Positions 1 through 9,252 of a DNA stretch of 54,586 nt are shown piece after piece. Every line of letters starts with the position of its first letter. Position 1 is the stretch's first letter. The DNA comes from a virus (Duplodnaviria > Caudoviricetes). The translations under genes and the position numbers were made by a program. The stretch lies in the IMG/VR virus record IMGVR_UViG_3300017777_002652, positions 1-54,586 of that record, one strand, 5' to 3'. A model generated the notes under the pieces. That model made no database searches. It was not told the DNA's origin and saw only the letters and a program-made list of their open reading frames with translations.

Positions 1-1024
1 ACTCAGACAACATAGAGGTCAATTCAGCCTCAGCGTCGATTGAGTGATATGCATTCAAGTCTTGAGCGAACTCAGGAGTCCAACTTGCTTTCAACTTACG
101 AGTCTTGGCAGTGATTGGAATAGAACGCATTACCAAGTCGATTTCTGGAATGCTCAGATCGTCATTAGATCTGTTAGCTTCGAAATCACCACGGTTGTCA
201 TTGGTTGGTTGACGTTGATAAACAACTTCACCAGTAAATGAACCAGTAGTTACAGCTGAACCAGTAAACACGAAAGTTACTGAGTTGTTAGCGGTGTTGA
301 TAGTAGTAAAGGCTGGAAGCACTGACAAGTAGCTAGAACCTGATTTTACTGCAAAGCCTCTTACACCAGCAAAGTCTGCAAAGCTTCTGTAATCAGTTGA
401 AACTGATGCAGTAGTTACAGTGACGGTTTTGAAAGTACTAAAAGATGAGGTAAAGTTACCATCATAGTTGAAGGTAGACCAGGTAGCTGAACCAGTGGTT
501 AGGAGAGTGAATGCAGATCCGGTTTGGTTAATTGAATAGCCAAACTGACCAGCACCATAAAGACCATCAGAAGCATCTCCGGTAGTATCAGTAATACCTT
601 GTAAGGTACCTACTTGATTTTTACCAGTTATGTCGAAGCCTTTACGACCATCAGGACGGTTTTGAGTAGAATACTTGTAATCCAAGTAGAATACTAGACC
701 AGAAGGTAAGTTCATCGGCTGTACAGAAACGAATTCTTTAGCAGCGATTTCAGCAAATACCCTTCTGATAAGAGGTAGAGCTACTCCAGTCCATTGCTCA
801 TAGCCACCTGCGTTAGCACCGGCACCGGTCATGGAGTTTTCTTTTACAAGCTGTTTTGCTTGGTTTTCTAGAAGTACAGCCATGCTGTTGACTTCAGTTT
901 CGCTTCTTAGTCCTTCTAACAGACCGGATTTCTTCCACTTACTGATAAGTGGTTTAACTTCCGACATACGATCTTTGTATGGGTTAGCAGAACCAAGTAG
1001 CTGAGTTGTAATGTTTGTTGCCAT
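1..1024 (-). CDS. gp23: Major capsid protein, T4 gp23-like (3' end outside window; not in ORF track)
   Basis: Manual translation from ATG at 1024: MATNITTQLLGSANPYKDRMSEVKPLISKWKKSGLLEGL...MAVLLENQAKQL...ALPLIRRVFAEIAAKEFVSVQPMNLPSGLVFYLDYKY...IPEIDLVMRSIPITAKTRKLKASWTPEFAQDLNAYHSIDAEAELTSMLSE. LLENQ, VQPM and TAKTRKLKA.WT.E.AQDL.A.H..DAEAEL are gp23 hallmarks; the frame is open to the window edge. Confidence 0.97.
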   Translation of the reverse strand, partial: MATNITTQLLGSANPYKDRMSEVKPLISKWKKSGLLEGLRSETEVNSMAVLLENQAKQLVKENSMTGAGANAGGYEQWTGVALPLIRRVFAEIAAKEFVSVQPMNLPSGLVFYLDYKYSTQNRPDGRKGFDITGKNQVGTLQGITDTTGDASDGLYGAGQFGYSINQTGSAFTLLTTGSATWSTFNYDGNFTSSFSTFKTVTVTTASVSTDYRSFADFAGVRGFAVKSGSSYLSVLPAFTTINTANNSVTFVFTGSAVTTGSFTGEVVYQRQPTNDNRGDFEANRSNDDLSIPEIDLVMRSIPITAKTRKLKASWTPEFAQDLNAYHSIDAEAELTSMLSE

Positions 1025-1047
1025 TTTGATCTTGGTTTTTTGGTTAA

Positions 1048-2037
1048 TTAAAAGTTTTTGTTAATTCCTGCGAGTTTTTGGAACCTAGCAATTTGGTTGT
1101 TCGATTCTAAAATAGGTCTCTTGGTGCCTTTAACTGGAGCAGATGAGAAATTCTCAACTATACGCTTTCCTTTGTTTTTAGCAGGAGCCTGTTTTGCAAT
1201 CGATTCAGCGATTGTTGCGTAGATAAGTTTTGTTTCACGCACGTTTCTAGCTCTGTCGAAGGTTTCGATTACTTGAACTTTTTGGCTTTCGCTTAGGTTC
1301 TTAGCACGGAACACTTTGTTGACATAAAGTAATTTGGCGTTAAGCAAATTCACTTCGTTGATTTTGGATCTCAAGAACTTGATAACTCCATAAGCTTCCT
1401 CAAGATCTTTGTCTTTTTCGGACTCTTCTTCGTCATCAGCTTCCATCATCTTTTTCTTACGACGCTTCATGCCTTCTTCGGCCATTTCCTCTTCTTCAGA
1501 ATCTTCTTCACGCAAAGCTCTTACAAGCTCATTGATGTCGATGTCTTCATCTTCTTCAGAGTGCATTCCTTCTTCGGCCATCTCATCTTCTTCAGATTCG
1601 TAATCCATTCCTTCTTCAGCCATTTCATCGTCTTCGCCTTCTAGCTCACGAATGATAGCTTCCAAATCTAGATCCTCTTCTTCAGCAGGAGCTTCTTCAG
1701 TGTCTTCCTCAGATGATTCCTCTTCGAAGTCCATATCGCCACCTTCGTCGCTGTAGTCCTCTTCTTCGAAATTCTCTTCGGTTTCATCTTCCATGTCCAT
1801 GTCCATGTCCATTTCATCGTCCTCTTCGGAGATGTTTGCGAGCTTTCTAAAACGCGCTGTTTCCGGCATCTCTTCCACCTCTTCATCCTCCATCTCCTCT
1901 TCCTCTCTAATCTTTTTTGAGAGCATCGATTGCAATTTTGGTGTAAAGGCTTCCTCTAATGCCAGCTTTGCATTTGCTAATGCGGTCTCACGTACTGCTT
2001 TAGCGTCTGCGATTGCTTCCTTTAAAAGTTTGTCCAT
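1048..2037 (-). CDS. Prohead core/scaffolding protein (highly acidic; gp22-like by position)
   Basis: Directly upstream of the MCP; helical ends with a D/E-rich middle; C-terminal RFQKLAGI. Start moved from TTG/GTG-type 2076 to ATG 2037 (MDKLLKEAIADAKAVRETA). Confidence 0.75.
   Translation of the reverse strand: MDKLLKEAIADAKAVRETALANAKLALEEAFTPKLQSMLSKKIREEEEMEDEEVEEMPETARFRKLANISEEDDEMDMDMDMEDETEENFEEEDYSDEGGDMDFEEESSEEDTEEAPAEEEDLDLEAIIRELEGEDDEMAEEGMDYESEEDEMAEEGMHSEEDEDIDINELVRALREEDSEEEEMAEEGMKRRKKKMMEADDEEESEKDKDLEEAYGVIKFLRSKINEVNLLNAKLLYVNKVFRAKNLSESQKVQVIETFDRARNVRETKLIYATIAESIAKQAPAKNKGKRIVENFSSAPVKGTKRPILESNNQIARFQKLAGINKNF
1460..1812 (-). repeat. Coding low-complexity repeats in scaffold (EMAEEGM x3; MDMDMDM from a CCATGT-type hexamer run)
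   Basis: EMAEEGM appears three times in the translation; ccatgt tandem near 1791-1812. Confidence 0.8.
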
Positions 2038-2122
2038 AATTGTTTTGGATTGTCTGCAGCTATTATTGAGCCACAATAGGGTTTAATTAAATATGGCATC
2101 ATATCAAAATGATGCATTTAAG

Positions 2123-2130
2123 TATAAATA
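2123..2130 (-). promoter_or_regulatory. Putative late promoter element TATTTATA (scaffold/MCP)
   Basis: + strand tataaata in the largest intergenic gap, 85 nt upstream of ATG 2037; the same octamer precedes many other genes. Confidence 0.6.
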
Positions 2131-2180
2131 TACCCTATCTTACCAAAAGCGCTGTAATAGTGCAGCTTTTGATGATTTTT

Positions 2181-2732
2181 TTATTCTATGTCGTTAAAAT
2201 TAACAAAGATGTCGACACCATCTGGAATTACAGTTAGCATCATTCCGTCCTTTGTTACTTTTTTGACAATGCCTTGAGATCCGCGGAATCGCTGGTCTTT
2301 GTTATATCGCTTAACACTGCTAATATCAAAATCTACAGTGATATCATCTTTCTTAGGCATTTCTGGATCTGGCTCGGCTTTCTCCTCTTCCCCACCTTCC
2401 TCGGCTGCAGCATCCTCTTCTCCACCCTTTTCTGCAGCTGCATCATCCTCACCTTCCTTCTCACTATCACCTTTATCACCACCTGCTGCAAATGGATTCG
2501 CTCCGGCATCCTCTTCCTCTTCCTGCTCTAATAAGTCCTTTAATTTAATTGCACCTTCTTTGGCTGCAGCTTTCGTCTGTGCCTTTTTCAACTTCTCTTG
2601 TGCGTCTTTGAGACGAGCCTGGGCTGCTGTTACGTCAGCCTTATCAGCTGCAATCTCTTCCGGAGTCTTCTGCTCACGAAGTGCTGCTACAATTTCTCTG
2701 CGAATTAAATCCTTAAGCTCCTTAGATCTCAT
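2181..2732 (-). CDS. Hypothetical acidic head-associated protein
   Basis: 183 aa; N-terminal LKDLIRREIVAALRE, internal IKLKDLLE, acidic AAAEEGGEE repeats; in head module. Confidence 0.75.
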   Translation of the reverse strand: MRSKELKDLIRREIVAALREQKTPEEIAADKADVTAAQARLKDAQEKLKKAQTKAAAKEGAIKLKDLLEQEEEEDAGANPFAAGGDKGDSEKEGEDDAAAEKGGEEDAAAEEGGEEEKAEPDPEMPKKDDITVDFDISSVKRYNKDQRFRGSQGIVKKVTKDGMMLTVIPDGVDIFVNFNDIE

Positions 2733-3081
2733 AGTACCTATTTAGCGTGCTCCCCATTTCTTCGTAGATTGATTCCAAACGCTGTTGCAATACATTTATT
2801 TCTTCTACAGTTTTACTAAAGGTTTTAGCACCGTTTTTTAATTCTTTCATGTTTCTTTTGACGGTTACTTGATCAAACCACTCTTCGGTTTCCGACAAGG
2901 TTACCTGCTCTGCCCTTTCAGCTAAAGTGGTCAGCTGCTTAGCAACTTCTTTCAAACGACTGTTTCTGTACACAGCTTCGGAGATTGCACTAAAGCCTTT
3001 GATCTCCTCAAGAAAGGCAGATTTTTGCTCGGTTGTTAATCTTACGTTAGATTCGTTAAGTATGTCTATTAGCTTCTTCAT
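2722..3081 (-). CDS. Hypothetical helical head-module protein
   Basis: 119 aa; begins MKKLIDILNE (shared leader); overlaps both neighbours. Confidence 0.8.
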   Translation of the reverse strand: MKKLIDILNESNVRLTTEQKSAFLEEIKGFSAISEAVYRNSRLKEVAKQLTTLAERAEQVTLSETEEWFDQVTVKRNMKELKNGAKTFSKTVEEINVLQQRLESIYEEMGSTLNRYYEI

Positions 3082-3689
3082 AGCAGTGTTATTATATTTG
3101 TAATTAAACCATCAATTGTTTCGTACTTGCCGGCCTTTCTAGTCAGTCCATTATAAGACTCATTCATCTGACCTCCATCCATAAAAGCACCATGAGTTGA
3201 TGGATTAGATACTAGGTCCCAACACACGATCTCATAGTCATCTTGTACCTCAACCTTACCTTCACCAATTTCTCTTACACTACCCATCCCTCTAGAGCTA
3301 ATGCCTAATTTGATACCGGCTTGGAATAATTGCTTTGCAATGTTGCCTGATGGTGTTGGTAGTAATTCTAATTTGCCCATTAGGGTGTTGCCATCCCACC
3401 ACAAATCTAACATATTGTGTGATACGTTTGATAAGTTCACTACTGATGATTCTGGGTGGTCTAGTTCACCTAGAGCTCGTCTTTCGGCAATGAATGACTT
3501 TTTATATTTTATGGCCTCACGCTTCAACACATCCTCTGGATAGATTCTAGCGTTTTGATTGGTCGATCCATATCGCTGCAGTGGTCCTGATAGTATTAGT
3601 TTACCATTGTTCTGCTGCATGGATTCATTCAGCTGCTCTGGTGTATACTCGATCACACCTGCAAAGTCAACTATTAGCTTCTTACTCAT
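3078..3689 (-). CDS. gp21: Prohead protease, T4 gp21-like
   Basis: NQNARIYP, RALGELDHP, VSH, GISSRGMGS (catalytic Ser), WDLVSNPSTHGAF. Confidence 0.96.
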   Translation of the reverse strand: MSKKLIVDFAGVIEYTPEQLNESMQQNNGKLILSGPLQRYGSTNQNARIYPEDVLKREAIKYKKSFIAERRALGELDHPESSVVNLSNVSHNMLDLWWDGNTLMGKLELLPTPSGNIAKQLFQAGIKLGISSRGMGSVREIGEGKVEVQDDYEIVCWDLVSNPSTHGAFMDGGQMNESYNGLTRKAGKYETIDGLITNIITLL

Positions 3690-4000
3690 ACTCCTTTTGC
3701 TTTTCTGTACTTGGATGCAATTACGCTTGGATTATTCAAATAACCTAACTCAATAGTGTCTGAGCCGTCGTAGAAAGTAACCAATCCCGAACTGTCTACA
3801 TCAAACTGATAAGGCTCTCCGTCGAGAGTTACATCGTAGCTGTTTGTACCACTGCTCTTACTTGCCAACTCAATGTCTTCGATCGTTACATCCTCCCCTG
3901 CAAGTATTAATGCATTAGCTAAATCCTGCTCTTGTTTAGCCTCATGCAATACTCTGCGTATTTCTTCCTTTATTAGATTTCTAAACTCCCTCGTCCTCAT
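3686..4000 (-). CDS. Hypothetical protein
   Basis: 104 aa; N-terminal FRNLIKEEIRRVLHE; ATGA overlaps with neighbours. Confidence 0.75.
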   Translation of the reverse strand: MRTREFRNLIKEEIRRVLHEAKQEQDLANALILAGEDVTIEDIELASKSSGTNSYDVTLDGEPYQFDVDSSGLVTFYDGSDTIELGYLNNPSVIASKYRKAKGV

Positions 4001-4470
4001 TCGCTTAGTTTTTTGAGTTTATTGCTTATTATAGTCATTCTCTCATTAATCTTAGCAATGTTTCTAGTTGTCTTTTTCCAGTAGGCTCCTGATGCTACAT
4101 TCGACTCTGTCTTCAGACGGATACTTTGTGCCAATAAATGATTCACCTCAGCTAACCTTCTATTAATTTCTGCAATTGACTTGTTGACCTTTTGCACCGG
4201 AGTTGCCGATGGGTCATTCTTAAACTCTTTATATGATCCCTCCTTCAAAGAGATTACATCAAAGCTCTTTGCTGTACCTCTTTTAGGTGGCTTTTCGTAA
4301 TATGCTGTTGCTGGATCTGCTTTCTCGGAAGCTTCTGATCCTTCGGCGTCTTCATCTTTATTAAACGCTTTTGGTGTAGAGTATGACGCTACATTAGCTG
4401 ATACGGACATCTCATTTTGGATATCCTTAACATACTCTCTCAATTCCGCTCTTTCCTTCTTTGTTAACAT
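3997..4470 (-). CDS. Hypothetical head-module protein
   Basis: 157 aa ORF in tight operon; C-terminal helical hairpin. Confidence 0.75.
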   Translation of the reverse strand: MLTKKERAELREYVKDIQNEMSVSANVASYSTPKAFNKDEDAEGSEASEKADPATAYYEKPPKRGTAKSFDVISLKEGSYKEFKNDPSATPVQKVNKSIAEINRRLAEVNHLLAQSIRLKTESNVASGAYWKKTTRNIAKINERMTIISNKLKKLSE

Positions 4471-5327
4471 TTCTTTAGCTCTTTAATAAGTTCCATATAC
4501 ATTAACATAGCTAACACATGATTTTCATTGACTAGTCTTACATCGTCATACTTTTTTGTTAGCTTATAAATCTCCTTCAGTTTGATTACTGTCACCCTAT
4601 CGGTGACCTTTGGTAGCAGCTTTGTAATATTCTGTCTCACCACTTTGGCATTGGTTATAAGTATATCCTTCATTGTATCCGAATTCGATACGTTGTTAAT
4701 ATACTCACGCAGTAGGTTCTTTTGTTGTACCGTTAGCTTACTATATTTTTTATTAAAATTTTCAATTAACAATCTATATGCAAGTAGTCGCACCTCTTCT
4801 GTCTCCTTCTTATATTCTGCTATAGCCTTGCTCTCCTCGACTTTATGAGGTTTCTTCGTTGATTTACCACAAATGTGTTCAACAATAGAAAATCTGCAGT
4901 TTACTGCCTGTTCCGGAGTTAGCTTCGCCTTTGTGTTGGATTCGAACAAGTTATAAATTGACGCATACAGCTTGTAATCAGGTAATTGAGTGCGAGTAAA
5001 GGCGTCGATACTGTAGTTAGACTTAATCTCCTTGACGAGTTCATATTTTGCCTCCGATAGACACTTTGCATCTAATGCTCTTCTTGCCTTTAACACCTCT
5101 CTTAGTAATGTTTCTGCTTTTAATTCGCTCTTATACTTTTGACGGCTAAGCGATTCATACAATCCCAATTCTTTGGATAGTAATGTGCCTGGCTTGTAGT
5201 ACTTTTGAATCAAACGCAGCGCTGGGGAAGTTTCTGTTCCTCTGATAGTGTCAGCTGCTACTTGTCTCGTTAAGAGTTCAAATAGAATTTGTGTATTCCT
5301 CAGCTTCGAATGTTTAAGTTTTGCCAT
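4464..5327 (-). CDS. Hypothetical helical protein downstream of portal
   Basis: 287 aa, basic, helical; preceded by a TATTTATT element. Confidence 0.8.
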   Translation of the reverse strand: MAKLKHSKLRNTQILFELLTRQVAADTIRGTETSPALRLIQKYYKPGTLLSKELGLYESLSRQKYKSELKAETLLREVLKARRALDAKCLSEAKYELVKEIKSNYSIDAFTRTQLPDYKLYASIYNLFESNTKAKLTPEQAVNCRFSIVEHICGKSTKKPHKVEESKAIAEYKKETEEVRLLAYRLLIENFNKKYSKLTVQQKNLLREYINNVSNSDTMKDILITNAKVVRQNITKLLPKVTDRVTVIKLKEIYKLTKKYDDVRLVNENHVLAMLMYMELIKELKKC

Positions 5328-5339
5328 GTCGTGTATACA

Positions 5340-5347
5340 AATAAATA
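5340..5347 (-). promoter_or_regulatory. Putative late promoter variant TATTTATT
   Basis: aataaata on + strand, 12 nt upstream of ATG 5327. Confidence 0.5.
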
Positions 5348-5360
5348 TGCAGGTTTTTGT

Positions 5361-7232
5361 TTAACTGTCCGTATTGTCTAGTAAATTTGACTCATCTAGC
5401 AGATTTGACTTACTAGCTGCCTTATACAACCCACTAATAACTCCTTTCTTTGCTTGTGCACTAGGTCTAAACATAGATTCTACCGCTGACTTTGCTATTT
5501 TGTTTTTATATTCCTTCACACTACCTCTGTAAGATGTCTTTTTATTAAATTTATTACCAAGCGGATCCCAACCTAGCGGGTGCTTATGCTTTCCATAGGT
5601 CGTGTGTGATTCTGGCCTTCCGGCACCTGGCCATCCACCTTCTGGGATTTCTCTTTCATCATAGCCAGTTGGTACATCGTCTCTACCACCACCTTTATAT
5701 AATGAAGCGATATCATGTGGTGTGCCAAAGGACATCCCTGTTTTTGCCGGGTCGTTTCCTTCGCTTTCAATTTGAGCTAATCTGAATGTGTATTTCATAT
5801 CTTCGACCACTCCGTCTATTTCTCGTAGATAGTCATCATCACTCATGTGGAAGATGTTCTCATAGACCCATCTCTTTGAAAAGAGCTTTTTATCCATCAT
5901 ATCACCAGCTAAGGTTACTTTGGAGGTCCATAACTCAATCTTTTCTCTTTCAAACACCGTAGAGGCTGGTGATAAGCTGATTGAAAAATCAACTAGATCA
6001 TCGTCCTGAAATCCCTGTGCATAAAGGTGAATGATTGCCATTTTTGTGAGCTCGCTTTCGATGATGCGTTGAATTCTCTCAATTGTTCTTGCAAAACGGA
6101 AGTCCTGTGATGCTAAAGTTGATTTACCAGTTGTATCCTCCTCATAGCCTAAGTATGCTTTAGGTATTTTAAGACACGCCAATAGTCTATTTTTTAGATA
6201 ATCAATATCCGCAATAGAATCATACTGCAGACCTGTTAAATTCTCAATATTGGTACCACTTTCTGCTCCACGAACTGGTAGGTAAAAGTCCTCAATCATA
6301 TTCATGAGATTGAATTTCAGATTGTATTCACCAGTGTTTGGATCTACGTATGGTGTTTTTTTCATCTGATTAGCAATACGCTCAATATATGCATCAACTT
6401 CATTAGGTGGTATGTTACCTATATCAATTTTGAAAATACGCTTATCCGGTGCTCTCATAATTCTATGAATAAGCATCGCATCCTCCATCATCATAAGCTG
6501 CTTGTATACACGCCTTCCCGGCTCAATTATTGATCTGCCGTAGGGTAGAAAGTTAGTATCGCTGAGCAGTCTGAAGTGTATAACTTCGAAGTTATCATAT
6601 ACTTCTTCTTGCCTAGACACATACCCAGCACCACCATATCCGCTATAGTCTCTCTTAAATATTACCTTGTTGGGATTGTTTGGATCGGAACCCTCTAACC
6701 TTATCATTTCATATGCAGAAGCTGGTTCGACATTAACGATACCAAACTTTTCGGCAATACTGAGGATCAGGAAAAAGTCACCATATTTGCATAGGTTTCT
6801 TACCCATGGCCATAGGTTAAAGTCTACATTTAGGATATCATAAAATAAGTTATGTAGTACTTCCTTTACCCTGTCGTTGCCTGTATTTATTTCAACAATA
6901 TCCCCATATTCGTTCTTTGTTGTACACTCATCCGCATAAATATCTAGAGCAGATGCGATGATACTATCAGCATCCATTGCTTCATAATCTCTAAATACTT
7001 CAATTCTCTGTACTAGCTGAATTCCATTGCCGTCGGACGTATATCCTGCCACTGGTGTGTATAAGCGATTGTATCGATCAACTCTTTTATTCCACTCAAT
7101 ATTGCCACTTGATTGTACCTTTTCGGTATCTATAACTTTTAGCTGCTTCCCTCCAACATTACGTATAATTACATCTGTTGAGAAAAGTTTTCGTAATCTT
7201 TTAAACAAAGATTGTTCGCCTGGTTGCGCCAT
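5361..7232 (-). CDS. gp20: Portal protein, T4 gp20-like
   Basis: DYEAMD...IASALDIYADE, MMEDAMLIHRIMRAPDKRIFKIDIGNIP, MIEDFYLPVRG...TNIENL.G, LKIPKAYL, DFRFARTIERIQ. Confidence 0.96.
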   Translation of the reverse strand: MAQPGEQSLFKRLRKLFSTDVIIRNVGGKQLKVIDTEKVQSSGNIEWNKRVDRYNRLYTPVAGYTSDGNGIQLVQRIEVFRDYEAMDADSIIASALDIYADECTTKNEYGDIVEINTGNDRVKEVLHNLFYDILNVDFNLWPWVRNLCKYGDFFLILSIAEKFGIVNVEPASAYEMIRLEGSDPNNPNKVIFKRDYSGYGGAGYVSRQEEVYDNFEVIHFRLLSDTNFLPYGRSIIEPGRRVYKQLMMMEDAMLIHRIMRAPDKRIFKIDIGNIPPNEVDAYIERIANQMKKTPYVDPNTGEYNLKFNLMNMIEDFYLPVRGAESGTNIENLTGLQYDSIADIDYLKNRLLACLKIPKAYLGYEEDTTGKSTLASQDFRFARTIERIQRIIESELTKMAIIHLYAQGFQDDDLVDFSISLSPASTVFEREKIELWTSKVTLAGDMMDKKLFSKRWVYENIFHMSDDDYLREIDGVVEDMKYTFRLAQIESEGNDPAKTGMSFGTPHDIASLYKGGGRDDVPTGYDEREIPEGGWPGAGRPESHTTYGKHKHPLGWDPLGNKFNKKTSYRGSVKEYKNKIAKSAVESMFRPSAQAKKGVISGLYKAASKSNLLDESNLLDNTDS

Positions 7233-7242
7233 ACTGTTTTTT

Positions 7243-7250
7243 TATAAATA
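7243..7250 (-). promoter_or_regulatory. Putative late promoter element TATTTATA (portal)
   Basis: 10 nt upstream of ATG 7232. Confidence 0.6.
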
Positions 7251-7264
7251 TAACATTAATTTCC

Positions 7265-8869
7265 TTAACCACCTAATAGCCAGGAAATATCCTCCTCATT
7301 TCCGTTACCCAGATTTACCTTATATGGATTGGGTGCAAAGTTTTTTGTAGAGTGAATTGGTGACTCTGTTCTTGTGTTTCTAAAACTGTTGAGTGATATC
7401 TTTGTAATATCTATACCCGACTGCCTCAACTTTAAGGCTGTATCTCTTACCCATAAACCTTGCATCCAACTCATAACTAAATCGTCATTATATCCGTGCT
7501 GAGCCTCTGCTCTGCTATTTTTCCACACAAACACAAGTAACTCATCTAATAGTCTCTTTGATCTTATTATACAATCTTTTTCTCTCATATACAAATCTAA
7601 TTTGCTGACAGCCAGAGGTCTAATCTTTTGTGTCATCGAAAAACCTGCTACTCCGTCCTTTCTGCTACTTAGGTCGTATTGCTTGTGTAAGTATGCTTCC
7701 GGATCAAATACATTATCTTTATATGTATAGTATAAGTTTTTATACCCTCTATCTATGATCGTCTGCAGGGTTGCCCAACCTACGTTGGCATTCTCCACAA
7801 CAAGTAGTGCATCGTTATACTCTGTTCCAACTGCAACAAGTAGATTGCCATAGTCCTTTGTAGTTACCTGGCCTTTGTACTCGGCAACTTGCCTGCAATC
7901 TTCAACATCTATTACATGAAATGCAGAATTATCACCTCCATCACCTCTAGCAACGTCAGCTGTCACTATATATGACTTACTATAATCGGCATTCTCCCAC
8001 ACCCACATATTACCATCAAAACCTCTTTTAGCAATAGGCTCTTGTACATATGTTTGTTGATACCAACTCAGAACTTCTGGATGAACTACTGTCTGTCCTG
8101 ATGTTGTGAAATCGGTATCACACTCCTGTGCTGCTAATCTATGACCAAGCTCATCGTCCTGCCTATTTCTCCACTCCTGATCTCTGTCAGGATGTACCCA
8201 CCATGGTAATTTGGTTGCTTTAAAATTAGCTGCTTCCCCCGATTCAGCCTTCATCCACAACTTATGAAAAAAGTTGCCCGTGCCATTTGGAGTACTCAAC
8301 ACAATCGCTCTACCACCAGTACCTAAAGTCTGTTGTGCAGATGCCCACAACTCCTCTGCATTTTGTACGAATGCAGCCTCATCGATAATAAGCAGTGACA
8401 AGGCCTCTGAACGACCTGATGTGCCTGTTGATGCTACAGCCTTTACTTGAGATCCGTTTGTTAGTCGAATTGACAGTTTATTGCTTTCTGTTGTTTTTGG
8501 CTTTAACCATGATGGTAAGTACTCCAACATCACATGCACCTTTGTTACTAGGTTCTTCGATGTTGCTTGGTCAATGGCTACAACTAATATGTTTTTATCT
8601 TCGTGGAAGATCATTAGCCATAATATATATCCTGCGCTGAGTGTTGAGATGCCCAGCTGCCGAGACTTCAGTATAATATTCCTATCGTACTCCACAAAAC
8701 TCCTCAACAATTCTTCCTGATATGGATATAGCTTGAACGGCATGCGTCCCTTTACTGGGTGCTGAATCATGCAGTACCTTTTCATAAAGTAAATTGGATC
8801 AAGCTTACATTTAATAAGCTCTTCTTTGATCATGTCCTTAATGGACTTCTGACCTTGCTGCTCTGCCAT
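7265..8869 (-). CDS. terL: Terminase large subunit, T4 gp17-like
   Basis: CKLDPIYF, Walker A LKSRQLGIST, Walker B LLIIDEAAF, STPNG coupling motif, nuclease TADVARG and NDDLVMS. Confidence 0.97.
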   Translation of the reverse strand: MAEQQGQKSIKDMIKEELIKCKLDPIYFMKRYCMIQHPVKGRMPFKLYPYQEELLRSFVEYDRNIILKSRQLGISTLSAGYILWLMIFHEDKNILVVAIDQATSKNLVTKVHVMLEYLPSWLKPKTTESNKLSIRLTNGSQVKAVASTGTSGRSEALSLLIIDEAAFVQNAEELWASAQQTLGTGGRAIVLSTPNGTGNFFHKLWMKAESGEAANFKATKLPWWVHPDRDQEWRNRQDDELGHRLAAQECDTDFTTSGQTVVHPEVLSWYQQTYVQEPIAKRGFDGNMWVWENADYSKSYIVTADVARGDGGDNSAFHVIDVEDCRQVAEYKGQVTTKDYGNLLVAVGTEYNDALLVVENANVGWATLQTIIDRGYKNLYYTYKDNVFDPEAYLHKQYDLSSRKDGVAGFSMTQKIRPLAVSKLDLYMREKDCIIRSKRLLDELLVFVWKNSRAEAQHGYNDDLVMSWMQGLWVRDTALKLRQSGIDITKISLNSFRNTRTESPIHSTKNFAPNPYKVNLGNGNEEDISWLLGG

Positions 8870-8880
8870 AACCTATAAAT

Positions 8881-9252
8881 TTATTTTAAGTTGACTTGTG
8901 GCTCTCCGTATTTACGTTCTACTTCGAATTTAATGTTTCTCTCTCTTGAGAACATATTTTGTAATTTCTTTGCAATATGCCTTTTGATAAACTCTGGATC
9001 TGTGCTTGGTAGGTTTCCTAGAATATCAAAGGTGATGCTAACAGTACCCATAGTCGTTCCGTTTGCTTCTTTAATAGCCTCAGTCTTACCTTTGTAATTC
9101 TTATCCACATAATTAAAAAATTCTTGCTTCTGCTGATCGCTCATACCACTAATACCCTTAGTGCCGAACTTTTCGTTATGCTTATGTAGTGCGTTCAAGA
9201 AAAACCCTTGATAATCGCTGTCTTCTTTAAGTCTTTTTACTATATGTTTCAT
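8881..9252 (-). CDS. Hypothetical protein
   Basis: 123 aa ORF in tight operon; two apparent modules joined at IKE-A. Confidence 0.7.
   Translation of the reverse strand: MKHIVKRLKEDSDYQGFFLNALHKHNEKFGTKGISGMSDQQKQEFFNYVDKNYKGKTEAIKEANGTTMGTVSITFDILGNLPSTDPEFIKRHIAKKLQNMFSRERNIKFEVERKYGEPQVNLK

Noticed and set aside
2145-2170. Hairpin gctgta-atag-tgcagc flanked by A/T runs as a terminator; AGCGCTGTA shared with 54444-54452
   Set aside because: The stem is short and mismatched on the transcribed strand; two copies of a 9-mer at different spacings are not enough to call a site.
5361-8869. Inteins, introns or homing endonucleases in portal/terminase (also checked primase)
   Set aside because: Lengths are normal, motifs are contiguous, and no intein ends or LAGLIDADG/HNH/GIY-YIG motifs were seen.
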